A stretch of DNA of 64,000 nt from Polyangiales bacterium (GCA_038230375.1 JBBRNJ010000001.1:1-64000); one strand, 5' to 3'. Numbered from the stretch's first letter, positions 1 through 14,234 are shown. Notes: a model not told the origin generated them from the letters alone. Numbers and translations are program-made.

Positions 1-2
1 AG

Positions 3-554
3 CCTTGTGCGTGGTCGCTTTACGCAATAGTCATGTGTACCCATGATACAGCGCCAGACGGACAGACATCAAACGGTCTAGTGAATACCTTCAGTTCCGC
101 AGGTGTGGATGAGAAAACGTGGCTTGTCTGTGTCTTGAGCGACACGGTAGGTAGTAGCGCGCCAACCGGTAGCATTGGCATGGGTTGCGGCGATGACACA
201 AGGTACAATCAGGCCAACTCCCCAATGGGCACTTACGCGGTCAATACTTGGTTTCACCTGACTGGTATTTTTCACGGTGGCTCGAGCAGCGTAGCGGTCT
301 GGTACAACGGGGGCTCACCGCTATCGATGAGCCCGATCCCCGGTGGCTTGTCAATACCGTGCACTTGTTCTGGTCTGGTGCATCAGACGGTCATAGGTGG
401 CGGCCTGGCGGAGGGGGTAGGCCCGTCCGGAATAGGTGTCACCAGCAACGCTTTCTTTGATGGACAGTGGGCCGACATCGCGATCTGTACTGCCGACACG
501 TCTGCGCAGCAGTCAGATGAAGAGGCGTGGCAGGTCAGCTACGGGGCTCTGTGA
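3..554 (+). CDS. 5'-truncated protein with a LamG/concanavalin A-like C-terminal region
   Basis: The frame is open from the window edge. WFHLTGIF...VAVWYNG...IGGG...FFDGQWADIAI follows the LamG-like pattern. The DNA is visibly more AT-rich than the rest of the window. Confidence 0.5.
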   Translation, partial: PCAWSLYAIVMCTHDTAPDGQTSNGLVNTFSSAGVDEKTWLVCVLSDTVGSSAPTGSIGMGCGDDTRYNQANSPMGTYAVNTWFHLTGIFHGGSSSVAVWYNGGSPLSMSPIPGGLSIPCTCSGLVHQTVIGGGLAEGVGPSGIGVTSNAFFDGQWADIAICTADTSAQQSDEEAWQVSYGAL

Positions 555-621
555 TAGGCCGGCGGCGACCCAATACGCACTTCAAACTGACTGGCGTCTG
601 GGAGCCAGTCGTCTTAAGTTC

Positions 622-1200
622 TCAGGGGCAGCAATAGCCGGTGGCGAAGTGGGATCCCCCTGATGGGCCGGCTACGCAGCCTGGAGACGGTAGCGGCGTC
701 GCCGGACCTCCATCGGCGAACGTCGCGCACGAGTAGAGGTGGGGCGGCAACCCCATTCCGCATGGGGCACTGCGGTGAATGCAACCGGGAGGGCAGCACA
801 ACTCGTCGCTGGAAGCGTCGAGTGAGAGGTACGCGCAGCCGTCGATGTTCGGGCGCGTCGGGGCCTCTCCCGGCGAAAACGCGCAAACGACCTTGAAGCC
901 AGACACGGCGCAGGGACACTGGATCGTCGCGAACTGGCACTCCCCCCCTGGTCCGCTAGCATTCCCACACCAACCCGGCGGTAGTCCGGCCTCTCCGTCC
1001 TCGGTGCCTGCATCCTGAGCCTGCGTGTTGTTGGCGTCCTCTGTCGACGCTGGGGCGTCCTCTGCCACCGATCCGTCGGTACCGCCCTCACTCTCGACTG
1101 GCACGTAGACGATCTGAGTGCTGCCGCTGGAGCACCCCGCCCAGATGCATGGAGGCATGGTTGTTACCGCCACGATCACCGCCCACCGCCGGATCCGCAT
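622..1200 (-). CDS. Cys-rich putative lipoprotein
   Basis: Start at MRIRRWAVIV, then lipobox-like IWAGC, a DGS/DAG linker and a Cys-rich C-terminus. Confidence 0.6.
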   Translation of the reverse strand: MRIRRWAVIVAVTTMPPCIWAGCSSGSTQIVYVPVESEGGTDGSVAEDAPASTEDANNTQAQDAGTEDGEAGLPPGWCGNASGPGGECQFATIQCPCAVSGFKVVCAFSPGEAPTRPNIDGCAYLSLDASSDELCCPPGCIHRSAPCGMGLPPHLYSCATFADGGPATPLPSPGCVAGPSGGSHFATGYCCP

Positions 1201-1360
1201 CTTTGTGGCGGTAACCGGAACGCGGAGCCTGTCAACGCGTACACTTGAAGTGTTTGCGGCCTCTTGGCTGACGTCAACTCCACACTCCCTTCGCATTGCC
1301 TCGTCCGGTTTGTCGCCGGAGGGGCGCGTAGGCGAGCGTGGTAGGTGAATCGAATCGTGC

Positions 1361-1460
1361 TCACTCCTCGTCGCTGGTCGCGTTGGTCACGCCGAGCGCC
1401 TTGCCGAAGACGGCGAGCACGCTGTTGACAGAGCGAAATGAGGGGGTCGTCGACCCCACG
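1361..1460 (-). pseudogene. Possible remnant of an XRE-type helix-turn-helix gene (C-terminal half)
   Basis: Reads GSTTPSFRSVNSVLAVFGKALGVTNATSDEE*, which resembles the end of Cro/C1-type HTH proteins. No N-terminal half is present. Confidence 0.3.
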
Positions 1461-1524
1461 AGACGGGGGCTGCGATGGAGGCAGGTCCGGTTAACAGACG
1501 CGCCCCGCTCGCATGTACGCCGCC

Positions 1525-2259
1525 TCAGATCAAATAGAGCAGCGGGAACAGGTAGATCCACACGAGGTCGACGAGGTGCCAGTAGAGCGCCACAAGGTCG
1601 ACCGGGGTGAAGTACTCCTTCGAGAAGTCCCCGCGCTCGTTGCGACGCCACACCCAGAAGATGACGCCGATGCCAATGAGAACGTGCACGCCGTGCACGC
1701 CCGTCATCATGAAGTAGATCGAGTAGAAGATGTGCGCGTTGCCCGGGAGCGTCGCGCCGTGCGAGAGCTCGTGCGGGTGGAAGTACGGGCCGGGCAAGCA
1801 ACCCGTCTCGAACTTGTGGCGGTACTCGAAGAACTTGATCACGAGGAACGCGCACGCGCAGAGCATCGTGATGATGAGGAAGCGACTCGTGGCCTTCTTG
1901 TCACCGGTCTGCGAAGAGCGCACCGCGAGCGCCGCCGTGAGGCTGGAGAAGAGGAGCACGATGGTGTTCGCGCCGCCCATCAGCTTGTTCAGCTGGTGAG
2001 AGGACTCCACGAACATGTGCGGGTACCAGCTGCGATAGATGCCGTAACAGACGAAGAGACCGCTGAAGAAGAGGAGCTCCTGGATCAGGAACGCCCACAT
2101 GCCCAGCTTGGCCGTGTCGAACTGCTGCGCGGGCGTGTCAAAGTGGTGGGCCAGCCACTTCGGGTGAGCATGCCCATGACCGGCATGACCGGCATCATGG
2201 GCATCGGGCGCGTCGTGGCCGTCGTGCGAGTCCGTCGCGGGGGTGGCTTCGGTGCTCAT
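1525..2259 (-). CDS. coxC: Cytochrome c oxidase subunit III
   Basis: LGMWAFLIQELLFFSGLF, MTGVHGVHV and YWHLVDLVWIYLFPLLY motifs. Confidence 0.95.
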   Translation of the reverse strand: MSTEATPATDSHDGHDAPDAHDAGHAGHGHAHPKWLAHHFDTPAQQFDTAKLGMWAFLIQELLFFSGLFVCYGIYRSWYPHMFVESSHQLNKLMGGANTIVLLFSSLTAALAVRSSQTGDKKATSRFLIITMLCACAFLVIKFFEYRHKFETGCLPGPYFHPHELSHGATLPGNAHIFYSIYFMMTGVHGVHVLIGIGVIFWVWRRNERGDFSKEYFTPVDLVALYWHLVDLVWIYLFPLLYLI

Positions 2260-2264
2260 TCTGA

Positions 2265-4172
<1,908 letters not shown>

Positions 4173-4212
4173 GGCAATGAATCTTCCTCAGCGCAAGATG
4201 GGCGCGATACCG

Positions 4213-5175
4213 TTACTTCAGCGACTTCACGTACGCGATCAGGGCGTCGGTCTGGGGGTCCTTGAACACGAAGAGGGGCATCTGCACGTTGCTGTAGCCC
4301 TTCACGATCTTCGCCTGCGGGCGGAGGATCGACTCGCGGACGTAGTTCTCGTCTGCCATCGTGTCCGATCCGACAGACATCGGCTGCATCGTGCCGAAGA
4401 CGCCCTTGAGCGACGGCGCGTTGCCCTTGGATCCGTCGACCGAGTGGCACGTGGGGCAGCCGTTCTTCACGAACAGCGTGCGACCCCAGAGCGCCGGCGT
4501 GCATGGCTCCTTGCCCGTGTCACCGCAGACCTCGGGCATCTTGTCCATGTCGTCCAGGTGCTTGCGGAACTGCTCGTCCGTGACCACGTGCACGGTGCCG
4601 AGCATGTCCGAGTGGCTGGTGCCGCAGAACTCTGCACAGAAGATCTGCGCGTCGCCCAGCTCCGTGGGGGTCACGGCGATGTACGAGTACTGGCCCGGGA
4701 CCGCATCGCGCTTCACGCGGAACTCGCGCACGAAGAAGCTGTGAATGACGTCATCCGAGGAGAGGATGAACTTCACGGGCTTGTTCACCGGAAGGGTGAG
4801 CTCTTTCGCCTCGCGGCTGCCGTTCGGATACTCGAACTCCCAGGACCACTTCTTCCCGCGGACGCGGATCTCCATGGCGCCTTCGGCGGCGGTCGCGTTC
4901 TTCACGTACGCCTCGAACGAGACGTGGAAGATGATGACCAGGAAGATCAGCGGCGTGACGGTCCAGAAGATCTCGAGCTTGGTGAGGTCGCGCGTGCGCT
5001 CCGGCCGGACGCCCGGCTTCCGCCTGTACTTCACGATGAAGTAGAGCATCGCCGCCGTGATGACGACGAGGAACACCAGGCTGAACCAGTAGATGTCCAT
5101 GTAGAGGCCGTCGGCGGACGGAGCCTCTGCCGACATGGACCTGGGGAGCTGAAATGTCTCGGGGGCAAGGATCAT
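4213..5175 (-). CDS. coxB: Cytochrome c oxidase subunit II with fused cytochrome c (caa3 type)
   Basis: Two TM helices, DVIHSF, CuA motif CAEFCGTSHSDM and C-terminal heme motif CPTCH. Confidence 0.96.
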   Translation of the reverse strand: MILAPETFQLPRSMSAEAPSADGLYMDIYWFSLVFLVVITAAMLYFIVKYRRKPGVRPERTRDLTKLEIFWTVTPLIFLVIIFHVSFEAYVKNATAAEGAMEIRVRGKKWSWEFEYPNGSREAKELTLPVNKPVKFILSSDDVIHSFFVREFRVKRDAVPGQYSYIAVTPTELGDAQIFCAEFCGTSHSDMLGTVHVVTDEQFRKHLDDMDKMPEVCGDTGKEPCTPALWGRTLFVKNGCPTCHSVDGSKGNAPSLKGVFGTMQPMSVGSDTMADENYVRESILRPQAKIVKGYSNVQMPLFVFKDPQTDALIAYVKSLK

Positions 5176-5182
5176 GAGCTAG

Positions 5183-6148
5183 CTACCTTCCCGTTCCCAC
5201 GGGGAGCGGTTCTCCATCTTCAAGGAGCCCAGCTTCCTGGGCAGAGTTCTTTGCGGCATTCGCCTTCGCCAGGCGCCACTTTTTGCGTTCCGAAAGCCAG
5301 AAGAGGGCGAGCACGGTGCCGAGGATCACGGCGGTCATGCCCGCGCCGATCTGCATCACGCGCGACGCGACCAGGACGTATTTTCCGCCCTTCGGGTCGT
5401 AGTGGTAGCAGTAGAGGATGATCTGCTCGACCGTGTTGATGCTGCGTCCCTCGGACGCCTCGAACAGCGCGAGCTTCACGTCGTTCGGCGGGAACTCCAG
5501 GCCGTAGAGGTAGCGCGCGAGCTGCCCATCGGGCTTCGCGATCATCATCAGCGACGCATGCGCGAACTGATCCTGGTCCGCGTCGTAGTGGTACGAAAAC
5601 CCTGCGGCCTTGGTGAGGCGCTCGATCGTGGGCTTGTCGGCGGTGAGGACGTGGATGCCGTCCTCTGCAGACCCACGCACGTACGAGTTGAGCAGCGACT
5701 GGCGCTTGGCTGCCGCGCGCTCCGTGGTCTCGCGGGGGTTGATGCTGACCACGACCATGTCGTAGTCCCGACCGAGCGACCACGACACGTCGTTGAGCGA
5801 CTTCATCGCGTCGTCCAGGATGAGGCTGCAGACGACGGGACACGAGTAGTACGCGAAGAAGAACACGACGGGCTTCGGCGACGTATGCGCGCCCATCGTG
5901 GGCGCACCACCGAAGAAGTCACCGAGCACGACATCCTTGCCCGTGTGGTCGCGGAGGTGTGCGTCGAGCGGGAGCTTCTCGTTCAGGTGCTCCTTCACGC
6001 CAACGTCCTCGACCTCGGGCGGCACGCCCTCGGGGATGCCAGCGCCCGAATGATTCCCGCCGATCGGCACTGCGCGGGCGGAGCTCGGCCATGCAAGGCC
6101 AAGCGCCACGAGCGCGAGCAGAAGGAGGTTTCGGAGGATGCGGTTCAT
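5183..6148 (-). CDS. SCO family copper chaperone
   Basis: Signal peptide from MNRILRN, CxxxC motif (CPVVC), conserved His (FAHAS), C-terminal TM helix, and position just before coxB. Confidence 0.9.
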   Translation of the reverse strand: MNRILRNLLLLALVALGLAWPSSARAVPIGGNHSGAGIPEGVPPEVEDVGVKEHLNEKLPLDAHLRDHTGKDVVLGDFFGGAPTMGAHTSPKPVVFFFAYYSCPVVCSLILDDAMKSLNDVSWSLGRDYDMVVVSINPRETTERAAAKRQSLLNSYVRGSAEDGIHVLTADKPTIERLTKAAGFSYHYDADQDQFAHASLMMIAKPDGQLARYLYGLEFPPNDVKLALFEASEGRSINTVEQIILYCYHYDPKGGKYVLVASRVMQIGAGMTAVILGTVLALFWLSERKKWRLAKANAAKNSAQEAGLLEDGEPLPVGTGR

Positions 6149-6170
6149 GAGGTCGTGGTGAGTTCTCTTG

Positions 6171-6629
6171 TCAGTGGCCGCGTGCGCCAGCGTCAGCGGC
6201 CGGCCTGGGTTTGCCACCATCCGTGGGTGCGCCGGCGTCCGTCGGCAAGGGCGTGGGCATGCCCGCGTCCGTCGCCAGGTTCACGGGCAGCTCGAACGTG
6301 CGCGGCAGCTTGGACCAGCCGGTGAGTGCGCCAGTGTCGTCGGACTGCTGCGGCGCGATGAGCTCCGGACCGCCCTGCTCCGAGCGACCCTTGCTGATCT
6401 CCATCATCGCGGCCGTGATGGGCATGGGCCCGGACGTCAGGTTCTTCTTCTCGCCCTCACGCAGCTTGTTGAGCTCCGTGGTGGGCGCCATCTTCTCGGC
6501 CAACGCTTCTTCGCTCATCCAGATGAAGTAGGAGTCGAGGACGTACTTGAGGCCAAGGAGGAGGAGGGGGGTGGCGATCGCGATCTGAAGGATCAGCTTC
6601 ATCCGCGGCGGTGTTTGGTCGTGTGCCAT
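6171..6629 (-). CDS. ActG-like small membrane subunit of alternative complex III
   Basis: Single TM helix, MPITAAM motif (resembles the IPI-x2-AM pattern), located between actF and SCO. Confidence 0.65.
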   Translation of the reverse strand: MAHDQTPPRMKLILQIAIATPLLLLGLKYVLDSYFIWMSEEALAEKMAPTTELNKLREGEKKNLTSGPMPITAAMMEISKGRSEQGGPELIAPQQSDDTGALTGWSKLPRTFELPVNLATDAGMPTPLPTDAGAPTDGGKPRPAADAGARGH

Positions 6630-6641
6630 GGGGTTCTCGGC

Positions 6642-8300
6642 TCAGGCGTTCTGGAACGCGATGGAGCGCGCAAGGCGCGGGTCGCCGGTGGGGATGAGCG
6701 CGTGCTTCGTCATCATGTAGAAGACGACCGCGAAGTAGATGCCGCCGACGCCGAGCAGCGCGGTGACGTCGGTCAAGGCGAAGGAGAACCCTGCGGCCTT
6801 GGTGTTCGGCTCGAAATTGGGGAGCACGAACCAGTACATGTCGACCACGTGCATCATCAGCATCCAGAATGCGCCGAAGCGGAGCATGGGAAGGCGACGT
6901 TTCGTGTTGCGCGAGATGAGGACGAGGAACGCGATCGCAAAGTGCCCGACGATGAGGGCGACGCTGACGTTGGTCCAGAAGTCGCCGGAGTGGTTGCCCA
7001 CCGTGAGCGACGACGGGGTCTCCCAGCGCTTGTGATAGAACGGCGTCTCCGAGGGGAGCGCGGCGTACCAGATGAGCATCATCTGCGAGAAGCCGATGTA
7101 CGCCCAGAACACGTTGAAGCCAAAAAGAAGCTTCCCGAGGTCATGGTAGTGCTCTGTCGTGACCACCTTGGAGAGCGGCCCGCCGTTGCGCAGCGCCATG
7201 GTCACGACGATGATCATCGCAAGGCTGGACACCACGGACGTCGCGAAGATGTACACGCCGTAGATGGTGGAGAACCACATGGGGTCGAGTGACATGAGCC
7301 AGTCGATCGCCGCGAAGGTGAGCGTGATACCGAACGCGAACGTGCCGAGCGGCGCCCACTTCGCGGACGCCATGGTGAGCTTCGGATCCTTCGACTTGTC
7401 CTGCTTCGTGGAATTGGCGAAGAAGAACCACGCGAGCGCCGACCAGATGGCGAAGTAGCCAGCCGCGCGCACGTACCAGAAGTTCTTGTTGAGCCAGCCC
7501 TTCTGCTTGGCCTCCATGATCTCGGCCTGCTCGTGCTCGAGCGCGTCGGCATGGTGCTCCAGGCCGCCCGCGTGCGCGCCGCCTTCGTGCGGGACGCCGG
7601 TGCCGTTGCCCTTGCCCTTGCCGTGTCCGTCGCCGTTGCCGCCGCCGGTGCCGTCCTCGTGGGCTTCGTGCTTGTCCGCTCCACCCTCGTGGGCCTTGCG
7701 ACCTTCGACATTCGCGCCGGAGCCATCACCGCGGCCGACGCCGTGACCATCACCATGGCCCTTGCCAGTGCCGTCATCGTGCTCCTTCGCGGACGCCGCG
7801 CCAGCCGCCGAAGGAGCGGGCGCAGCAGGCTGCGCATGGGCCTCGTTGACGAACGGGAGACCAAGCGAGCCTTCCTTCTTCTTCTCCTCGTGGCCAGCCT
7901 TCTCTTCGTGCCCCTTGCCCTCATGCGGAGACTGGGTCCACGGGTAGATCAGGTCCGCCTTCATCAGGATCGGCAGGAACAGGAGCGCGAAGACCGGAAG
8001 GCCCATCGCGAAGAACTCCGCCGTGCGACGCACCGTCACGCTCCAGCCAGCGCTCGTCAGGTGCTGGATGAGCACGAAGAAGAGCGAGCCAAGCGCGATG
8101 GTGAGGAAGACGTAGAAGCCGAAGAGGTACGAGTAACCGGCGCGTGCACCGTCGGTTCCGAACATGAGCGCGGCCGTGATGCCGACGCCGACGAGGCCCA
8201 CGGCTGCAGCGATCTTCCAGACGTTCCCCCACGACGCTGGCAGGGCGAACTCCGAGGGCGTGGACGCGGACTTGTCCTTGTCGTTTGATTTGTCGCTCAC
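6642..8300 (-). CDS. actF: Alternative complex III subunit ActF, with a His/Gly-rich insertion
   Basis: Polytopic membrane protein with AGWSVTVRR, DWLMSLDPMWFSTIYG and HDLGKLLFGF...WAYIGFSQ motifs. Confidence 0.92.
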   Translation of the reverse strand: MSDKSNDKDKSASTPSEFALPASWGNVWKIAAAVGLVGVGITAALMFGTDGARAGYSYLFGFYVFLTIALGSLFFVLIQHLTSAGWSVTVRRTAEFFAMGLPVFALLFLPILMKADLIYPWTQSPHEGKGHEEKAGHEEKKKEGSLGLPFVNEAHAQPAAPAPSAAGAASAKEHDDGTGKGHGDGHGVGRGDGSGANVEGRKAHEGGADKHEAHEDGTGGGNGDGHGKGKGNGTGVPHEGGAHAGGLEHHADALEHEQAEIMEAKQKGWLNKNFWYVRAAGYFAIWSALAWFFFANSTKQDKSKDPKLTMASAKWAPLGTFAFGITLTFAAIDWLMSLDPMWFSTIYGVYIFATSVVSSLAMIIVVTMALRNGGPLSKVVTTEHYHDLGKLLFGFNVFWAYIGFSQMMLIWYAALPSETPFYHKRWETPSSLTVGNHSGDFWTNVSVALIVGHFAIAFLVLISRNTKRRLPMLRFGAFWMLMMHVVDMYWFVLPNFEPNTKAAGFSFALTDVTALLGVGGIYFAVVFYMMTKHALIPTGDPRLARSIAFQNA

Positions 8301-8938
8301 AGGTTCGACTCCGTTTTGGCCTGGCTCAACTGAAGCGCCCGGACGTAGCTGACGATCGCCCAGCGATCCTCGACGACCATCTGCCAGCCGTATGGCGGCA
8401 TGTTGTTCTTGCCGTTCGTGATGGTCGCGAAGAGCTGACCATCGGGCATGTGGCGCAGACGATCCTGGTGAAGGCTGCTCGGCGCGAAGGCCGTGGCGCC
8501 GCTCAACACGGCGCGCTTCTTCACGAGCCCGTTGCCGCTGCCGCTCTGGTCATGGCAGGGCGCGCAGAAGATGTTGAAGCGTTCCTGGCCGCGCTGGACC
8601 ATCTTGTCCCAGCCGCCGCTGCGCTTCACCATCGCCTCTGGGATGGTGAGCACCCAGCCGGCGTTGTCCTCGGTGCGACCCTCGGCGTAGCGAATGTCGA
8701 CCTCGCGCTCGCGCGACACGGTGTCGGCGACGATCGGGCGCATCGTGCGGCCGTCCTCGAAGAGGTTGTCTTCTTGCGCTTCCTGGATGTCGAACTTGGG
8801 CTGGTCGTACATGTTCCGGATGCCGACGACCGGCGAGTCCTTCGACGTCTGACCGCGACAGCCGGTGATGGCGGCCGCCGCGCACAGGGCCACGGCGCCG
8901 ATCGCGAGTTTCCTGGAGAGCATATCAATGGCGGACAT
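8297..8938 (-). CDS. actE: Alternative complex III monoheme cytochrome c lipoprotein ActE
   Basis: Start overlaps the actD stop (ATGA). Lipobox ITGC, MYDQPK and CAPCH motifs, distal Met in MPPY. Confidence 0.92.
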   Translation of the reverse strand: MSAIDMLSRKLAIGAVALCAAAAITGCRGQTSKDSPVVGIRNMYDQPKFDIQEAQEDNLFEDGRTMRPIVADTVSREREVDIRYAEGRTEDNAGWVLTIPEAMVKRSGGWDKMVQRGQERFNIFCAPCHDQSGSGNGLVKKRAVLSGATAFAPSSLHQDRLRHMPDGQLFATITNGKNNMPPYGWQMVVEDRWAIVSYVRALQLSQAKTESNL

Positions 8939-9552
8939 CAGTGCGCCTCCGCGTGGCCAGAGGAGACATCCTCGACCGTCTTGTCGTCGTCGAACACGAG
9001 CTCGACATGCGATGCGTGAAGTCCGGCGATGAACGCCTTGGTCTTCTCCACATCGAACTTGGGGTCCTCCGCCTCGATCGAGAGGAAGAATTTGTCGTCC
9101 GAGAACGATGCGAACCGGTCCGACGTGAAGATCGGGTGGTGGTGCTGCGGAATCTTGTTCAGACCGAACATGCCGAACACGGTCGCGAAGGCAGAGAAGA
9201 GGACGGTGAGCTCGAACATGATCGGGATCATGGACGGGACCGACGTGGGCGGCTTGCCACCGATGATGATGGGGTAGTCGTACCCGTTCATCCACATCAT
9301 CATCGAGAACGCCGCGATGGTGCCGCAGAGGCCGATCGGGAAGACAATGAGACCGAGCTTGGAGTCGGACAGGCCCATCGCCGCATCCATCCCGTGGACG
9401 GGGAACGGCGTGTGGGTGTCGAACTTCTTGTAGCCGGCCGCGTGCGTCTTCTCTGCGGCATGGAGGATCTCACCGGCGGAGTTGAACTCCGCCAGGTAGA
9501 GGGCGGGCTTCTTTTCGCGGCCCGCGGTTCGCTTCTTCTGGGGCGCTGACAT
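8938..9552 (-). CDS. actD: Alternative complex III subunit ActD (DUF3341-like)
   Basis: HTPFPVHGMD, IGGKP and FELTVLF motifs, two TM helices. Confidence 0.93.
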   Translation of the reverse strand: MSAPQKKRTAGREKKPALYLAEFNSAGEILHAAEKTHAAGYKKFDTHTPFPVHGMDAAMGLSDSKLGLIVFPIGLCGTIAAFSMMMWMNGYDYPIIIGGKPPTSVPSMIPIMFELTVLFSAFATVFGMFGLNKIPQHHHPIFTSDRFASFSDDKFFLSIEAEDPKFDVEKTKAFIAGLHASHVELVFDDDKTVEDVSSGHAEAH

Positions 9553-9553
9553 C

Positions 9554-11020
<1,467 letters not shown>

Positions 11021-11021
11021 G

Positions 11022-14000
11022 TCAGCCCATCTCCGGGTTCGGGTTGCGGAGCTTTCCGAGGTAGCTGGTGCGCGGCCCGGTGCCCAGGTCTGCGAGCAGG
11101 TAGTAGTTGCGGTCACGACGAGCGAGCGTCGCAACGCGCGATTCCTTGTCGTTCAGATCGCCGAAGGCGATCGCGTCGGCCGGGCACACCTGCTGGCAGG
11201 CGGACTGGATGGTGATGCCGTTCGGATCACCTTCCTTGATGGGCTTGCCGTCGCGGCGCGAGGAGATCTTCGCCTCTTCGATGCGCTGCACGCAGTAGGT
11301 GCACTTCTCCATGACGCCGCGCATGCGCACGGTGACGTTCGGGTTGAAGTGCATCTTCTCCGTATCCGGAACCACGCCGTCGTCGCCGTTGTAGTTCAGG
11401 AAGTTGAAGCGGCGGACCTTGTACGGGCAGTTGTTCGCGCAGTAGCGCGTGCCGATGCAGCGGTTGTACGCCATGTCGTTCAGGCCTTCGGGGCTGTGCT
11501 CCGTGGCGTTGACCGGGCAGACGTTCTCGCAGGGAGCTTCCTCGCAGTGGACGCAGGCGACGGGCTGCAGGTTGACCAGCGGCTCGTGCTCGGTGCCGGT
11601 GAAGTAGCGGTCCAGACGGATCCAGTACATCTCGCGGCCGCGCTCGATCTGCTCCTTGCCGACGGTCGGGATGTTGTTCTCTGCCTGGCAGGCGATGACG
11701 CACGCGTTGCAGCCAGTGCACGCGTTGAGGTCGATCGACATGCCCCACTTGTGGCCTTCGTATTTCACCTTGGACCAGAGCGGCAGGACCTTCGGCTGGA
11801 CAGCACCGCTGTGACGACCATGGGCCTCCGAAGAGAACTGCGGGAAGCGCGGGTTCTCACGGTACTCGGCGAGCGTGGCGTCGATCGCATCGGGGCGACC
11901 TTCCATCACGTCGTGATCCTGCGTCTGGCTCAGCTTGTAGCGCTGCGACTCCGCCTCGAACGGGTCGTCCGGACCGGTGCGACCGGGCGCGGGCGAAGGT
12001 CCGCCAGCAAGACCCGGACGCGCGAGCTTGTCCTTGATGGCTTCCTTCTCCGCAGAGGCGAGCTTCTGGACCTTCACGCCGTCAACGAAGCCCATCGCGT
12101 CCGTGGTGCGGAGCGGATAGACGTTGAAGCCGTGCTTGTTGCCGTAGCGGCCCGCGACCTGGCGGCCCCAGCCGAGCGTGAGCGCGAACACGTTGTCCGC
12201 AGTGCCGGGCTGGATCCAGACGGCGACGTCGATGGGCTGTCCCGCGTCCGCGCGCGAGAGGCGAACGACGTCACCCGCGGCAAGGTCCATGGCCTTGGCA
12301 GTGTTCGGAGAGACCTGCGCGACGTTGTCCCAGCAGATCTTCGTGAGCAGGTCGGGCAGCTCCTGGAGCCACATGTTGTTCGCGTGGCGACCGTCGAGGA
12401 GCTTGGGATCCGCGGCGAACGACACTTCGATGTTGTCCGCGCCGACCGGCTTCTTGGCCTTGCCGACGCCGGTGTTGATCGCGCCAGCGATGTCCGGGCC
12501 CTTCACGGCGGGCGCGCCGTAGGGGGGCATCGCGGCCTGGAGCACGCCGCGCTTCAGCGCGTTGTTCCAGGTGCGATCGAGGTCGAGCGGGTTCGCGATG
12601 GCGGCCTTCACGGTGGCCTTCACGAGCTCGTGACCGCCGGGGTTCGGATCACCTGCGAGGCGCGCAAGGGTCTCGATCTCCGAGCGCGCACCGAACAGCG
12701 GCGCGATGAGCGGCTGCTGGACGCTGCGTGTTCCGTCGAGCGCGCGCTGATCGCCCCAGGTCTCCAGCTCGTGCGCGAGCGGGACGTGCCAGGTCGAGAG
12801 CTCGCTGGTCTCGTCGTAGTGAGAAGAGAGGTGGATCGAGGTCTGGACCTCGCGGAGGCGCGCGTCGAACTTTGCGTCCTGCGGCGCATCGTAGACGGGG
12901 TTTCCGCCGAGGATGAGCAGCGTGCCCACCTTCTTCGCCTCGATGTCGGCGGCGAGCGTCTTGATGTCGGCTTGCTGATCGAGCTCCGTGGGCTCCGCGA
13001 CCGGGAAGTACGAGACAGTCTGTCCCGCATTGCCGAGGCCAACGTTGATCGCGTGCGCAAGCGCATGAACCCAGGCGGGCTGGCGCGAGCCGACGACGAC
13101 GGCGGACTTGCCCTTGTTCGAGGCGAGCTCCTTCGCAACGACGCCGATCCACTGCTTGCTGACATTCGGAACGTCGGCGGCCTTCGAGACCGCACCAGCA
13201 ACGTCGCCAAGATCGACCTTCTGCGGCCCTCCGAGGGAAGCCAGCTCCTTCGCGAGCGCGAGGAGGTAGGCGCCGGCGTCACGCGCGGGCAGACGGAGGC
13301 GGTGGTCGGCGGTGGCGCCGGTCGTGGTGAGCACGGGCTCCACCACGTAGAGGCGGGACATGTCGTCCTTGGGGGAGAGCACGCGACGCGAGGCCGCGAA
13401 GCCCTTCGTGGCGCGGACGTTGCCCGGCTCGGTGCCTAGGAAGTCCGAGTCCACCGCGACGATCGTACGCGTCTGCGCATAGTCGACGATCGCGTTGAAG
13501 GCCTGACCGAAGGCGATCTTGGAGCCCTCACGCGCCTCGCTCTCGTTCACGGGCGTGAACGCGTGGAACTTGGCGAGCGGGAAGCGCGAACGAACGGCCT
13601 CGCGCATGCGCTGGAACGTGGGCGAATTGGTGGGCTCGGCGAGGACGCGCAGACGCGCGCCGCGGTCACCGAGGTTCGTGCGGACGATCTCGGCGAAGGC
13701 CGCGTCGAGCTCTGCCCACGTGGCGTTGCCGCTCGCGTGGAGCTTGCGCGGGCCGCGCGAGCGATCCGGATCGTACAGGTTGAAGATGGTCGCCTGCGTC
13801 ATCGCGTCCGTCGCGCCAAGGCTGGACGGGTGGCTTGGGTTGCCTTCGATCTTCGTGGGGCGGCCGTCGTGGCTCTCGACCAGGAGGCCGACCGCATCAC
13901 CGCGCGAGCGATGCACGGTGGCGTAGTGGTACGAGAGGCCGGGGATCGAATACTCCGGCATCTTCGTGTACGGCAGGATCTTCTCGACGGGGCGACGCGC

Positions 14001-14234
14001 GCAGCCCTCGGCCGCAAGCGCCGCGGTGATCGCACCGAGCGTCACGAAGCCGCGCCGGCTCAAGGACGTCTTGTCCTCTTGCTCCCCTTTTTCGAGAGGA
14101 CCAACGCCCTGCGGGAACTCCGCCACCGCTTGCTTCGCGTAGACGTCGGGATTCGCTTTTTCTTCGAGGCTGCGCCAGAAGACCTTTGAGCCATCGGCGG
14201 GCTTCTGGAACTCGTACGGTAGACGGCGACTCAT
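11022..14234 (-). CDS. actB: Alternative complex III subunit ActB (molybdopterin-oxidoreductase-like domain fused to an Fe-S domain)
   Basis: FWRSLEE, Tat motif [16 protein letters not shown], and Fe-S motifs [32 protein letters not shown] and EKCTYC. Confidence 0.96.
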   Translation of the reverse strand: MSRRLPYEFQKPADGSKVFWRSLEEKANPDVYAKQAVAEFPQGVGPLEKGEQEDKTSLSRRGFVTLGAITAALAAEGCARRPVEKILPYTKMPEYSIPGLSYHYATVHRSRGDAVGLLVESHDGRPTKIEGNPSHPSSLGATDAMTQATIFNLYDPDRSRGPRKLHASGNATWAELDAAFAEIVRTNLGDRGARLRVLAEPTNSPTFQRMREAVRSRFPLAKFHAFTPVNESEAREGSKIAFGQAFNAIVDYAQTRTIVAVDSDFLGTEPGNVRATKGFAASRRVLSPKDDMSRLYVVEPVLTTTGATADHRLRLPARDAGAYLLALAKELASLGGPQKVDLGDVAGAVSKAADVPNVSKQWIGVVAKELASNKGKSAVVVGSRQPAWVHALAHAINVGLGNAGQTVSYFPVAEPTELDQQADIKTLAADIEAKKVGTLLILGGNPVYDAPQDAKFDARLREVQTSIHLSSHYDETSELSTWHVPLAHELETWGDQRALDGTRSVQQPLIAPLFGARSEIETLARLAGDPNPGGHELVKATVKAAIANPLDLDRTWNNALKRGVLQAAMPPYGAPAVKGPDIAGAINTGVGKAKKPVGADNIEVSFAADPKLLDGRHANNMWLQELPDLLTKICWDNVAQVSPNTAKAMDLAAGDVVRLSRADAGQPIDVAVWIQPGTADNVFALTLGWGRQVAGRYGNKHGFNVYPLRTTDAMGFVDGVKVQKLASAEKEAIKDKLARPGLAGGPSPAPGRTGPDDPFEAESQRYKLSQTQDHDVMEGRPDAIDATLAEYRENPRFPQFSSEAHGRHSGAVQPKVLPLWSKVKYEGHKWGMSIDLNACTGCNACVIACQAENNIPTVGKEQIERGREMYWIRLDRYFTGTEHEPLVNLQPVACVHCEEAPCENVCPVNATEHSPEGLNDMAYNRCIGTRYCANNCPYKVRRFNFLNYNGDDGVVPDTEKMHFNPNVTVRMRGVMEKCTYCVQRIEEAKISSRRDGKPIKEGDPNGITIQSACQQVCPADAIAFGDLNDKESRVATLARRDRNYYLLADLGTGPRTSYLGKLRNPNPEMG

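Noticed and set aside
11022..14234. ActB as an active molybdoenzyme such as a nitrate or polysulfide reductase
   Set aside because: The context is canonical ACIII, where this domain is known to lack the Mo cofactor.
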